Notes under the pieces: generated by a model | The model's database searches: none | The model's input: the letters and a program-made list of their open reading frames with translations, nothing else | Told to the model about the DNA's origin: nothing | Made by a program: the position numbers and the translations under genes | Shown here: positions 51,275 to 61,136 of the stretch, piece by piece | Layout: the number at the start of each line of letters is the position of its first letter | Numbering within the stretch: the first letter of the stretch is position 1 | Assembly: GCA_965116925.1 (NCBI GenBank) | Contig: OZ220744.1 | Span: 4,064,001-4,128,000 of the forward strand | DNA from: Candidatus Poribacteria bacterium | GTDB taxonomy: Bacteria > Poribacteria > WGA-4E > PCPOR2b | Reading direction: 5' to 3' | DNA length: 64,000 nt

Positions 51275-53593
51275 ATGAAGATTTGTGAGCCCCTTAGAGG
51301 TATCGTTTTCTCTGTGATGTTCCTGATCTACCCCGTTTCGGCCTTGGCTGACGACTATTTCGATCAGATCACAGTTTTCTCTCACGGCAGGATCACCCGC
51401 TTTGTCGAAATGCCGATAACTGTTTATATTACACCGGCGTTACAAGCGGCATACCTTCCCGCGCTGCGGTATGCGATGCAGCAGTGGGAAGCGGTCTCCG
51501 ATGGAAACATTCAGTTTCAAGAGTTACAAACGAGTAAGGACGCTGATATTTGGGTGCGTTGGGGACATGGCGAAGCAGCCTACATGGATATGACCTATGG
51601 AAAGGCGGAGCTCACACGCCACCGCACCGGGGATTTCTCCGTCGAAATTATCCTCTCACTACCTAAGCCTTCGTTATCAGAAAAAGTGTCGCAGGAAGAG
51701 ACTCGAACAGTTTGCCTTCATGAATTTGGACATGCTATCGGGCTGTGGGGGCATAGTCCTGATCCACTTGACGTGAGTTTTTGGGCGTCAATTGCACAAC
51801 GTCCAACCGCTCGGGATCGAGCAACATTACTGAAAGTTTATGCCACGCCACAAAACACGCCTCAACACGATGCTGCCATTAACATCTTAAAAAAGCAGCT
51901 CGCAACCAACCCAATGAACGCACGCACACATTACCTGCTAGGGACCATCTACGACGACAAGGGAGAGACTGAGTTAGCTGTTGCTAGTTTCAAAGCCTGT
52001 CTTGAAATAAACCCAGACTTCGACCCGGCACGGGAAACCCTTCTACAGGTATACCAGAGAGTTGGTCTCTCCCAACAAGCGGTGGACCTACTTGAAGAAA
52101 CACTCAAGCAGATGCCTTCGTCCAATGATTACAACACAATCGGTGTGATGTACTATCGGACCGGAGAAATCGACCAGTCCGTAGCTGCTTTCCGAAAATC
52201 GCTCGAAATGAACCCCTACGACCCGACGCCTCGGAATAATCTTTATCAGATATTTCGGGAGCGAGGTATCGAGGCACTGAACGTTAAAGCGTATCAAAAA
52301 GCGGCGATGTATTTTGGCGAAGCACTCCAGTTCAAGCCGGAGGATGCGCTTCTGTATCGCCTTATGGGCGATGCTTATGCGAGGGAGGGTAGCCTCAAAA
52401 ACGCCATCACGCAATACCGTAAGGCATTTGAATTCGATCCAGCCGACTTGGAAATCAAACAGAATCTCGCGGGGTATCTGAGCAATTATGGTGTAGAGTT
52501 GACAGGCACCCGGCGTTGGGAGGAGGCAATCGCTGCCTATCAGGAAGCACTACAATTGACTCCAACGCTGAATATCGCGTATGCAAACCTAGTGGATGTC
52601 TTGTGGAAACGCGCCAATACGCATCGCAAATCAGGGCATATCGACAAGGCGATTGATGCCTATCTCCAACTTATTCAGGTAGATGCTGATGCCGATGCAC
52701 ACAGTTTACTCGGCGAACTGTATCTGAAAAAGGGGGCATATCCACAGGCGATTGAGGCATTCCGGTCAGCGTTTTCCGCAAAACCTGATGATTGGCAATC
52801 TCGTAAGAACCTCGTTGCTGCCTACCATCATTACGCACAACACCTCGACAGCAAAGAACGGTACAATGAAGCAATAGGTCAGTTACGGCTTGCGCTTGCG
52901 CTGTCTCCCAAACAGGTGAACCTCCGCTTGAGTCTCATCAATACTTATCAACTTGCCGGCGACTTTTCAAGTGCCGAAAAAGAGTTGGAGTGGCTTTTGG
53001 AAAATACACCTGAGAGTTTACAGGCAGAAAACATCTCAAAGAATCTACACGTTGCACGCGGGAATACGCTCATGAATCAAAGAAGCTATACCGCCGCGCT
53101 TGCCGAGTTTGAAAAGATCGCCCCCTCGGCAAAAACCACAGAAATTTATAACACCATCGGTTATCTTTATCTGTTGAGAAGACAGCCAATTTTAGCGATA
53201 GCGGCTTTTGAATCCGCGTTAGCTCTTACGCCGACAAATAGAATTGCTTATCAAAATCTGTTGTCAATTGAATCCCAATTTGAGCGGCAGTTTGTCGATG
53301 ACCGGCATTCACCACGCATTAAGAACCACCTTGCTCGTGCGAGAAATAGTCTTGTCGTGTGCTATATCCATCGTGATGAACTTCTAGACGCTGTAGAGGA
53401 ATATCGCGCAGCGTTAGATGTTGAACCAACGGCGAAGGAAGTGAAAGTCGCACTGAGAGATACCGGCAGACAGTTAATATTGGTGTTACAAGAAAAGAAT
53501 GCACGTCAGCAGATAAGCGATGTAATGGATTGGATTCAGGAATTGGACGTTGACAGTTTGAGCGTTGAACAGTTACTCGACGGTGACAATTAG
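51275..53593 (+). CDS. Secreted matrixin-like (metzincin) peptidase fused to long TPR array
   Basis: HEFGHAIGLWGHS zinc motif; >10 TPRs; signal peptide. Confidence 0.85.
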   Translation: MKICEPLRGIVFSVMFLIYPVSALADDYFDQITVFSHGRITRFVEMPITVYITPALQAAYLPALRYAMQQWEAVSDGNIQFQELQTSKDADIWVRWGHGEAAYMDMTYGKAELTRHRTGDFSVEIILSLPKPSLSEKVSQEETRTVCLHEFGHAIGLWGHSPDPLDVSFWASIAQRPTARDRATLLKVYATPQNTPQHDAAINILKKQLATNPMNARTHYLLGTIYDDKGETELAVASFKACLEINPDFDPARETLLQVYQRVGLSQQAVDLLEETLKQMPSSNDYNTIGVMYYRTGEIDQSVAAFRKSLEMNPYDPTPRNNLYQIFRERGIEALNVKAYQKAAMYFGEALQFKPEDALLYRLMGDAYAREGSLKNAITQYRKAFEFDPADLEIKQNLAGYLSNYGVELTGTRRWEEAIAAYQEALQLTPTLNIAYANLVDVLWKRANTHRKSGHIDKAIDAYLQLIQVDADADAHSLLGELYLKKGAYPQAIEAFRSAFSAKPDDWQSRKNLVAAYHHYAQHLDSKERYNEAIGQLRLALALSPKQVNLRLSLINTYQLAGDFSSAEKELEWLLENTPESLQAENISKNLHVARGNTLMNQRSYTAALAEFEKIAPSAKTTEIYNTIGYLYLLRRQPILAIAAFESALALTPTNRIAYQNLLSIESQFERQFVDDRHSPRIKNHLARARNSLVVCYIHRDELLDAVEEYRAALDVEPTAKEVKVALRDTGRQLILVLQEKNARQQISDVMDWIQELDVDSLSVEQLLDGDN

Positions 53594-53611
53594 AACAACT
53601 GGAGGGGATAA

Positions 53612-54973
53612 ATGGAGGGACTACGGAATATCAATTCAAGGTTAGAGTTGTTTGTAGATGATTGGCTGATCGAGGAGATGAATGGCGTTGACCTTCAAAT
53701 GCACAGTCCCATCTCTCAAGAGGTCGTCCTTGAGTTCAATCAGCCGTGGGAGGGATCGATAAGTTATGACCCGGTGGTGATGAAAGAGGGCGATCGCTAT
53801 CGGCTGTGGTATCGGGGGTGCGGTTCGGAATCGACATGGGAAGACCAATGTACAGCCTATGCAGAGAGCACAGATGGCGTACATTGGGAACGTCCTACGT
53901 TGGGAATCTTTGAGTTCAACGGGAACCGGGAAAACAACATCGTCCTGCAAGGGACCGAGGCGAAGGCGTTGTGTGTTTTCAGAGATGGCAACCCGAATAC
54001 GTCAGACTCGGAACGCTACAAAGCGATTGGGGTAGGTCCTCCAATAGATAAACGTGCGACATTGCGAGGGTTTACCTCCCCAGATGGAGTACATTGGCAG
54101 ACGCTGGATCGAGATCCGATCTTGATAGCACCAGACGATCCGTGGCCCATGTTTGATTCCCACAACGTTGCATTCTGGGATACGATGCAAGACCGGTACG
54201 TGATATATGCACGGGGTTGGATTCCGCCGGGCATCCGATCCATTCGCCGAAGTGTTTCAGATGACTTCCGTCATTGGTCCGACTTGGAATTCATTGATCT
54301 GGGAAATTCGCCAATAGAACATCTCTACAAAAACGCCTGCACACAGTATTTCCGCGCGCCCCACATTTACCTGATGTTCCCCAAACGTTTTGTCCCTGAC
54401 CGTAAGTTCGATAAGGATTGGCCAGCCAGCGGTCTCTCCGAAAGTGTTTTCATGACCAGCCGCGATGGCGTACACTGGGATCGGCGTTTTATGGAACCAT
54501 TCTTGGGGCTTGGATCCGATCCCGACAGTTGGACAGACCGAAATCTGTACATTGGCGTGGGTGTTGTTCCAACGGGATCTGCAGAAATGTCGGTCTATTT
54601 TATGGAGCATTACCGGCGTCCATCTATCCGCCTCCGGCGCGGTGCACTCCGAACCGACGGATTTGTCTCCGTTAATGCGCCCTACGCCGGCGGTGAATTT
54701 TTGACGAAACCGTTGATTTTTGAGGGAGATAAGTTAGTCGTTAATTACACGACATCTGTAGCGGGAGGCTTGCGCGTTGAAATCCAAGACGCCAACGGAC
54801 AGCCAATTGATGGGTATCGGTTATCTGAGTGTGTTGAGATTTTTGGGGATGAAATTGAGCGGGTTGTCAGATGGGAGAACGGCAGCGATGTTAGTTCGTT
54901 GGCGGGTAGGGCGGTTCGTCTCCGCTTTGTTATGGCAGCGGCAGACCTGTACGCTATACAGTTTCGAGTATAG
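53612..54973 (+). CDS. Hypothetical beta-propeller glycosidase-like protein
   Basis: Repeated S.DG.HW Asp-boxes, LR.DGF.S motif. Confidence 0.6.
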   Translation: MEGLRNINSRLELFVDDWLIEEMNGVDLQMHSPISQEVVLEFNQPWEGSISYDPVVMKEGDRYRLWYRGCGSESTWEDQCTAYAESTDGVHWERPTLGIFEFNGNRENNIVLQGTEAKALCVFRDGNPNTSDSERYKAIGVGPPIDKRATLRGFTSPDGVHWQTLDRDPILIAPDDPWPMFDSHNVAFWDTMQDRYVIYARGWIPPGIRSIRRSVSDDFRHWSDLEFIDLGNSPIEHLYKNACTQYFRAPHIYLMFPKRFVPDRKFDKDWPASGLSESVFMTSRDGVHWDRRFMEPFLGLGSDPDSWTDRNLYIGVGVVPTGSAEMSVYFMEHYRRPSIRLRRGALRTDGFVSVNAPYAGGEFLTKPLIFEGDKLVVNYTTSVAGGLRVEIQDANGQPIDGYRLSECVEIFGDEIERVVRWENGSDVSSLAGRAVRLRFVMAAADLYAIQFRV

Positions 54974-55006
54974 ATTAGGAAAAGATGATAGAGATGCGTG
55001 ACAAAA

Positions 55007-55432
55007 TTATTCATCTTTATCCTTTTGCTCTCCATGATGACCTTCCGGTTGCTGATTGTTTATACCGATGAGATGAAAGAATAGTTTGTCCAGTTTGTCC
55101 TCAATTCTGTCCATTCTTGCATTGAGATTACCTGACAGATTATCTATTTTGCCGTTCAGTCCTTTTTCTATGCTGTCTATTTTGCCGTTCAGTCCTTTTT
55201 CTATGTTGTCTATTTTATCGTCCAGTCTGTTTTCCCTGTTGTCGATTTTCTTATCCAGACCATCTATCTTCTTATCTAAACTATCTAACTTGTCGTTAAT
55301 ATAGGTTTGTTTGAAGTGGATTCTTACGACATAGGCTATTAAACCAGCAAAAACAGATAGACTTGCGACAACGCGAAAAACTATTGAAACCCAATCTTCA
55401 AAGATGAGATTTTCCATGATATAGTCCTCCAT
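55007..55432 (-). CDS. Small membrane-anchored coiled-coil repeat protein (Bdr/DUF1640-like)
   Basis: One TM then KID repeats; 33-bp tandem duplication encoding IDxIEKGLNGK; AT-rich. Confidence 0.6.
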   Translation of the reverse strand: MEDYIMENLIFEDWVSIVFRVVASLSVFAGLIAYVVRIHFKQTYINDKLDSLDKKIDGLDKKIDNRENRLDDKIDNIEKGLNGKIDSIEKGLNGKIDNLSGNLNARMDRIEDKLDKLFFHLIGINNQQPEGHHGEQKDKDE

Positions 55433-55628
55433 GGCTCATGTTAAAAAACCGTGCAACAGAAACCAAAATGTAAAGTGTGATATTGGAAGGATGGAAGGTT
55501 GGTTTGCCTCCTTCCATCCTTTCCCATGGCATCAGCAGAAACTTGGAAGATTGGTCTTTCTTGCTTTGGTTCTACCCATGTTGATAGCATACGAATGTGC
55601 CAAATTCACACTGATGAATAATCGCTTA

Positions 55629-56588
55629 CTAGCCGATATTTAGGTAACGTGCTGCATCGGCTTCCTGCCATTGGAACTGTAGGTGTGCTGTTTCGTGTGG
55701 CTTGAAGGGCTTTATCACCTCATCAATAGGTGTGCCTAACACATCAATCCGCTCAAGATCTGCGACCCCGTAACCCATTTCATCCGCATAGTGGAACAGA
55801 CCGATCTCCAACGGTTCAAATCCCATCGCCTTCGTGGTTACGGCGTCCGCAGCAAACACATCAGCACTGGCAACAGCAATTCCGAGCGGAATCGAATCTG
55901 TACCTCCGGGACCGTTCCCCTGCAAGCCAAGGGTGCCGTCAATCACAGCGATATCCGGGCACAGATGGCGTGACAGGCGAATCAGATTGATGTTCAGCGT
56001 TTGCGCCTCACGCGGCAATTCTCGATCGGCGTGGCTATGGTAGCCGTGCATTTTGATACGATCTGAGAGATGGAGCGTTCCCATAATCATGTTTTTGAGG
56101 GCAAGCGTCACCACATCGACATCGTGCGTTTTTGCAACCGCAACAGAAATTGTGCATGGACAATCGAGCACAGTTTTGGGCATCCGCACGGGCACTTCGC
56201 TGCGATCAGCAAGAACGACGGGAGTCTCTTCCCAATTCTCATCTTGATGCAGGTCTACTAGCCGAATCGGAATGGCATATTCGTCGAGCAAAGATTTGTA
56301 ACCGAAATTCTCGAACGCCTCTCCCGAAAATGCTTGGTTGGCACCTTCTGCGATGATAATCTCTTTTGGTGGTTCCGGCACAGTCAGCAAGAAGTCCATT
56401 GCGCCACGGATTGCGTCAACGTGTGATGAGGCGAGCTGATTTGTGCTGGAAAGGAAATTCGGCTTCAACATCACCTGCTCGCGCAACTTTGGTGTGACAT
56501 CGTCGCGCACGAGGTCCAGAGCGGTGAAGACATTTTGGCGTCGCTCGCCGGTTCGGGCAAGTCCGACTCTCGTTTGATTGGTAGCCAT
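55629..56588 (-). CDS. DUF362 family protein
   Basis: LKPN, KTH..VTLALKN..G, IDG..G..GNGP, D..AAD. Confidence 0.85.
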   Translation of the reverse strand: MATNQTRVGLARTGERRQNVFTALDLVRDDVTPKLREQVMLKPNFLSSTNQLASSHVDAIRGAMDFLLTVPEPPKEIIIAEGANQAFSGEAFENFGYKSLLDEYAIPIRLVDLHQDENWEETPVVLADRSEVPVRMPKTVLDCPCTISVAVAKTHDVDVVTLALKNMIMGTLHLSDRIKMHGYHSHADRELPREAQTLNINLIRLSRHLCPDIAVIDGTLGLQGNGPGGTDSIPLGIAVASADVFAADAVTTKAMGFEPLEIGLFHYADEMGYGVADLERIDVLGTPIDEVIKPFKPHETAHLQFQWQEADAARYLNIG

Positions 56589-56709
56589 CGGCATCCTCCT
56601 TGTTTGTTTCACATTTCCACATTTTCCTCGCAATATAACATCTGAGGAATAGAGCAATTCAGGAAAAGTCGTTGAGTGGTAGCGGGCGAGATGAGATCGC
56701 CCGGACTGT

Positions 56710-57477
56710 CTAAACTAGAGAGTTCAGCATCTGGGCAAAACGGGGAACGGCGGTCATTGCATCCTCGGCGGCTTCATATTCAATTGACAGATACCCTTTG
56801 TAACCCTGTGCCTTGAGCATCCTGACGATTTCGGAAAAATCTGCTTCCTCCTTGTCGTCGCTTCCTTTTGGGATCTCTGTCTTTGCATGGGCGGTTACGG
56901 CGTAAGGGGCGACACGCGCCAGCGAACCGTAGGGGTCTTGACGGAAGTTGCCTGTATCCAAATTCACGCCGACCCACTCGGAATCAACCGACGTAATCAG
57001 ATCGATAACCTGATCTGCTGTAGACGTTATCCCTCCGTGATTTTCCAAAGCCAGCAAGACACCGCGAGGCGCAGCGTATTCCGCACACTCCTTCAAACCG
57101 TCGATTGTCCATTGGCGGGCTTCCGCCTCACTATGCCCTTCAGGCGTTCCTCCCGCAAACAAACGCAGGCAGGGTGCTCCAAGTTTAACGGAGATATCAA
57201 CCCAATCCTTGACATACTCGATCTGTGCTGCACGTTCACCGGGGTCAGGGTCTGTGAAGCGATTTCCAACAGCTGCTGCCGAAACCTGTAACCCAAGAAG
57301 GTAGCATTGACGTTTCAGGGTGTACAAATAATCATCGTCCGTTGACGGGAAATAGTAAGCGGTCAATTCGACGCCGTCTACGTCCATTTCGACCGCTTTT
57401 TCAAGAAAACCTTCGAGACTCATTTCAGCACTTGTCAAATACTGGCGAAATGAGTAGGCGGCACATCCAATCTTCAT
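56710..57477 (-). CDS. Sugar phosphate isomerase/epimerase (AP endonuclease 2 TIM barrel)
   Basis: LALENH, NLDTGN, HAK, SIEYE. Confidence 0.9.
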   Translation of the reverse strand: MKIGCAAYSFRQYLTSAEMSLEGFLEKAVEMDVDGVELTAYYFPSTDDDYLYTLKRQCYLLGLQVSAAAVGNRFTDPDPGERAAQIEYVKDWVDISVKLGAPCLRLFAGGTPEGHSEAEARQWTIDGLKECAEYAAPRGVLLALENHGGITSTADQVIDLITSVDSEWVGVNLDTGNFRQDPYGSLARVAPYAVTAHAKTEIPKGSDDKEEADFSEIVRMLKAQGYKGYLSIEYEAAEDAMTAVPRFAQMLNSLV

Positions 57478-57484
57478 GGTTGGT

Positions 57485-57874
57485 CTATGCCTCCTTACGT
57501 TCCAGCAGCTCAATTTCGTAGCCGTCCGGATCGTCAATGAACGCCATCTTCATGCCGCCCGATGTGAACTGTTCGCGCCAACCGTCGGGCCAAATTTCAA
57601 TACCGTCCTTCTCCAACGTGTCACAGTAAGCGACGAGATCTGGAACCCCAATGGCGAAGTGCATTAAATCCTCCGGGACATTGAGTTCATAATCGGGTGA
57701 ATAGGTTAGCTCGACGGTGTGCAGGTTACCGGGTAGTTCCAGATGTGCAATCTGATTACCGGCAGGCGATTTGTCGCTTCGACTTTTAACGACAAAACCC
57801 AGATGATCGCAATACCAATTAATTGATTTATCGAGGTCACTTACTCGAACGCGGGTGTGTAAAAAAACAGCCAT
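57485..57874 (-). CDS. VOC family lactoylglutathione lyase-like protein
   Basis: LHTRVRVSDL, ELTY, HFAIGV, DPDGYEIELLE. Confidence 0.9.
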   Translation of the reverse strand: MAVFLHTRVRVSDLDKSINWYCDHLGFVVKSRSDKSPAGNQIAHLELPGNLHTVELTYSPDYELNVPEDLMHFAIGVPDLVAYCDTLEKDGIEIWPDGWREQFTSGGMKMAFIDDPDGYEIELLERKEA

Positions 57875-58210
57875 TTGGTTTCCTTTCTGTTGTCGATTTT
57901 GGATGAATCAATTGAGGCAGAAATGCTATGAATAATGATAACACACCCTCCACTATCAAGCAAGCCCTTTTACAACTGAATCCGATCTCAGGGGACTTTC
58001 GGAATATTCGTATTGAAAAATGGTGTTAGATGTGAGATAGTTATAGAAAGTTCATTGGTTTATTGATTGATTGAACTGATAAACTCTATACATCGCGCTC
58101 CTCATGAAGATTAATTTATTAATTGGGTAATTTCCGAGCGATGTCCGGTGCGGTTGGATGAAAATTAAAAAAACAGTTCGGTAATTTGCTAGCGACACCG
58201 GCGCGGTTAA

Positions 58211-59451
58211 ATGAAGATTAAAAAAATAATTCGGTAATATTGTTATTTGTGTTATCGTAGTGCCAAAGGAGGTATTCTCTGATGGCAAAACATCATACAC
58301 TTGAATTGAGTGAATCCGAAATCCAAGCCCTGGTTGAACTCCGAGATAAAGGCGAACCGGCTTATCTCCGAGAACGAGCAACGGCACTGTTGAAAATACA
58401 TCAAGGCGTTTCTCCGCATGAAGTTGCACGTAAGGGCTTGTTGAAAAAACGCGACCCTGACACCGTCTATGCGTGGTTGCGTCGCTATCGCGAACAAGGT
58501 CTGCGTGGGCTGTCTCATAATCCCGGTCGGGGTCGAAAACCTGCTTTTTTCCCCAAGTCGGCTGAAATGGCCAAATCAGAACTCTTACAAGCTATCGGTC
58601 AAGATCCGGGGCAAATCCCTCCGTATCAAACCCGCTGGACGCTGCACACACTCGGTCAGGTCGTACCCTGGTTGCGGGACATCTCTGTGCCGGGCATTCA
58701 CCAAATCCTCTCACGGGTGGGGATCAGCTATAAGCGTGCCAGAGACTATGTGCGGAGTCCGGATGTCGATTATACTGAAAAACTTTCTTGCGTCCAGCAC
58801 GCTTTAGAAACTGCACGTGACACGCTGGAAACTTGCGTTGTGCTTTACCAAGATGAGTTTAGCTTCAAACGACAACCGACCCTCGCAACAGACTGGGCAG
58901 AGACCGGCACGAAGCAGCCCTTGGCACGGCGCAGTCACTGCTCCGAAGAAACCTGTTATGGCATCGGTGCGCTCAATCCACACACAGGGGAGGTCATTTA
59001 CCAGCAGGTCGAAACCTGCACAGTGGTCGCACTGCATACCTTTTACACACAGATTTGCCAACACTACCCAAAAGCCGAACGTATCTATCTGGTTCAGGAT
59101 AATCGAGCGATACACTTTCATCCGAACCTCACCGCAGCGCTCCTGCAACAGACAACGACGTTTGCCAAACCCACACCGCCTAACTGGACAGGCAAACCGT
59201 CAAACAAAATCGGCAAACTCGCCAAACTCCCTATTGAGATATTGCAACTGCCGACCTATGCCGCGTGGACAAACCCAATTGAGAAGTTGTGGCGCTGGGT
59301 GCGTCAGTCGGTTATACATCTCCATCGGCTCAGTAATGACTGGCAGGCACTTCAAGACAAAGTGCTTGCCTTCATGCAGCAGTTTAAAGACGGGTCACAG
59401 CAACTGCTACACTATGTCGGATTATTACCGAATTAATAAATTAATCTTCAT
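58211..59451 (+). mobile_element. Autonomous IS630-family insertion sequence (1241 bp)
   Basis: 29-bp imperfect TIR ATGAAGATTAAWWWAWTAATTCGGTAATA; single transposase ORF ending in right TIR. Confidence 0.92.
58282..59436 (+). CDS. IS630-family DDE transposase
   Basis: HTH N-term, GRGRKP, YQDE, QDN...H, LPTYAAWTNPIEKLWR; AAGGAGG RBS. Confidence 0.95.
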   Translation: MAKHHTLELSESEIQALVELRDKGEPAYLRERATALLKIHQGVSPHEVARKGLLKKRDPDTVYAWLRRYREQGLRGLSHNPGRGRKPAFFPKSAEMAKSELLQAIGQDPGQIPPYQTRWTLHTLGQVVPWLRDISVPGIHQILSRVGISYKRARDYVRSPDVDYTEKLSCVQHALETARDTLETCVVLYQDEFSFKRQPTLATDWAETGTKQPLARRSHCSEETCYGIGALNPHTGEVIYQQVETCTVVALHTFYTQICQHYPKAERIYLVQDNRAIHFHPNLTAALLQQTTTFAKPTPPNWTGKPSNKIGKLAKLPIEILQLPTYAAWTNPIEKLWRWVRQSVIHLHRLSNDWQALQDKVLAFMQQFKDGSQQLLHYVGLLPN

Positions 59452-59615
59452 AAAACCGCGCCTACCGTATGTTTCGAGGAAAATAGGGATTACCGATTTA
59501 AATACTTAAACTTCATGAAACCGCACCTACCGGGTCTGGGGAAATATAGAATTACCTGTTTAATTTCTTAAAACCCATCTGGAGCGAAATTGGTTATGCC
59601 GATTGTTAGTATGGT

Positions 59616-59650
59616 GTTGGGTTTCACGATTCGCGTTCAACCCAACCTAC
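59616..59650. repeat. GTAG-type REP-like hairpin (similar to 32777-32876 and 45200-45230)
   Basis: GTTGGGTT...AACCCAAC-CTAC. Confidence 0.6.
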
Positions 59651-59705
59651 ACAACCCTATCAACTATCGGGTCGAAATAAGAGACTTGAATTATAGGACT
59701 TTATC

Positions 59706-60947
59706 ATGAATACGATTAAATATTTCCTTATTCTTGCGACGACAATCGCCGTGGTTTCGGTTGGATTGGCTCACGAACCAACAGAAAGCCCTGAACTAGA
59801 TTCCAAATTGTATGAACTCCATTTTCAAGAGGGCAGGGCACACAATGATGGCGGGGATAGAGCACTCGCTCGGAAGCATTTCCTGATGACAATCTACCTG
59901 CATCCCGACCACGCTGGTGCGAACTATCAACTCGGACTGATGGCATATAGCGACAATAATTATTCGGCTGCCATCTCTTTTCTGGAAAGAGCGAGCGTGG
60001 AAATGTCCGATAAGATTGAACTCTATTACTGGCTTGGGGGCGCGTATTGGAAAAAGAGCCAAGCAGAAGGGGCGATAGAGAACTATCGAAAAGCGGTTGC
60101 ACTCGATTCGCAGCACGAGAATCCTTATTCGCTCTATGCGTTAGAGAACCTCGCCGAAGTCTATACCCGGACGGAACGTCTCCAAGAGTCGATGGATGCT
60201 TATCAGGCAGCACTGAAGCGTGAAACACGAAGCGGATGGATTTCTAAAATTAGAGATCAGATTGCTGAGCTTCATTTGACGATGGGCACTTATCAAGACG
60301 ATGGTAATACGCGCTACAATGAAAGAGGCGAAGCGATAGGTGGTATTGGCGATGGGGATATGCGCACCAATCGTTACTTCGAGATAGCGAGACATACGAC
60401 GGATCCGGTTAAAGAGGCAATTTATTATGAGAAATCGATCGAAGCGGATCCAGGGATGTACCAGTCCTATTTTAATTTGGGTTGGGCGTTGACTCGACAA
60501 GGGAAATACGCTGAAGCGGTTCCTGCTTTTATCCGTTCAGACGAAGTTTGGCGACAAGATCGGAACTGGAATCCAGAAGCGTCCCCCAAAATCGACGCGC
60601 ACGCATTTTTAGCACTCTGTTATGTCGAATTAGGGGAACCGGAAAAGGCACTTGATTACGCCGAAATAGCGTTGGGTTCCGCTCCAAATTACTATTACGG
60701 CTTGCTGTATAAAGCGAGAGCGTTGACCAAATTGGATCGTCCTCAAGAGGCAACACAGATTCTGGAAGGGTTGGTTGATGCAAATCCGGACGAAGCCGAA
60801 ACATTGTACGCGCTTTACGAGGGTTATAGCGCAGCTTTAGAGCCAAAATTGGCACTTGCTGCGCTACACCAAGCTGTCCGCGCTCAGGTGGACAGTCAAC
60901 AGAAAACACGTTGGCAACAAGAGATCAACGTGCTGAAAGGGAAATAA
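59706..60947 (+). CDS. Secreted TPR protein
   Basis: Signal peptide; multiple TPR motifs. Confidence 0.85.
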   Translation: MNTIKYFLILATTIAVVSVGLAHEPTESPELDSKLYELHFQEGRAHNDGGDRALARKHFLMTIYLHPDHAGANYQLGLMAYSDNNYSAAISFLERASVEMSDKIELYYWLGGAYWKKSQAEGAIENYRKAVALDSQHENPYSLYALENLAEVYTRTERLQESMDAYQAALKRETRSGWISKIRDQIAELHLTMGTYQDDGNTRYNERGEAIGGIGDGDMRTNRYFEIARHTTDPVKEAIYYEKSIEADPGMYQSYFNLGWALTRQGKYAEAVPAFIRSDEVWRQDRNWNPEASPKIDAHAFLALCYVELGEPEKALDYAEIALGSAPNYYYGLLYKARALTKLDRPQEATQILEGLVDANPDEAETLYALYEGYSAALEPKLALAALHQAVRAQVDSQQKTRWQQEINVLKGK

Positions 60948-60955
60948 TTATCAAT

Positions 60956-61092
60956 CAGGACTTACGCGAATTTAGCATACGAGGGGTAGATGCTTGATTT
61001 TTAACCCCCTAAATCCCCAACCCCCTAAATCCCCCTTGTCAGGGGGACTTTGGAAAATCAGGGGGACTTACGAACGCGCTGCACAAGTCCTA
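60956..61092. mobile_element. MITE family A, CCCCTAAATCCCC-cargo subtype
   Basis: CAGGACTTACGC...GCACAAGTCCTA; 5-bp TSD TCAAT. Confidence 0.85.
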
Positions 61093-61136
61093 TCAATATC
61101 TCTTTCGTAAATTTAACCTAAAAAAGGAGAAGTATC

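Larger units (their letters stand above)
58104..59578. mobile_element. Triple nest: outer MITE B (58104-59578) > inner MITE B (58158-59516) > autonomous IS630 (58211-59451)
   Basis: Same two MITE layers as 39587-39819, with the innermost REP loop filled by the IS; 1-bp duplications C, G, A. Confidence 0.92.

Noticed and set aside
58370..58570. Programmed frameshift in the IS630 transposase (TTTTTTCCCC at KPAFFP; overlapping ORFs 58469 and 58817)
   Set aside because: The transposase is already one continuous 384-aa frame; the overlapping ORFs have no recognisable motifs.
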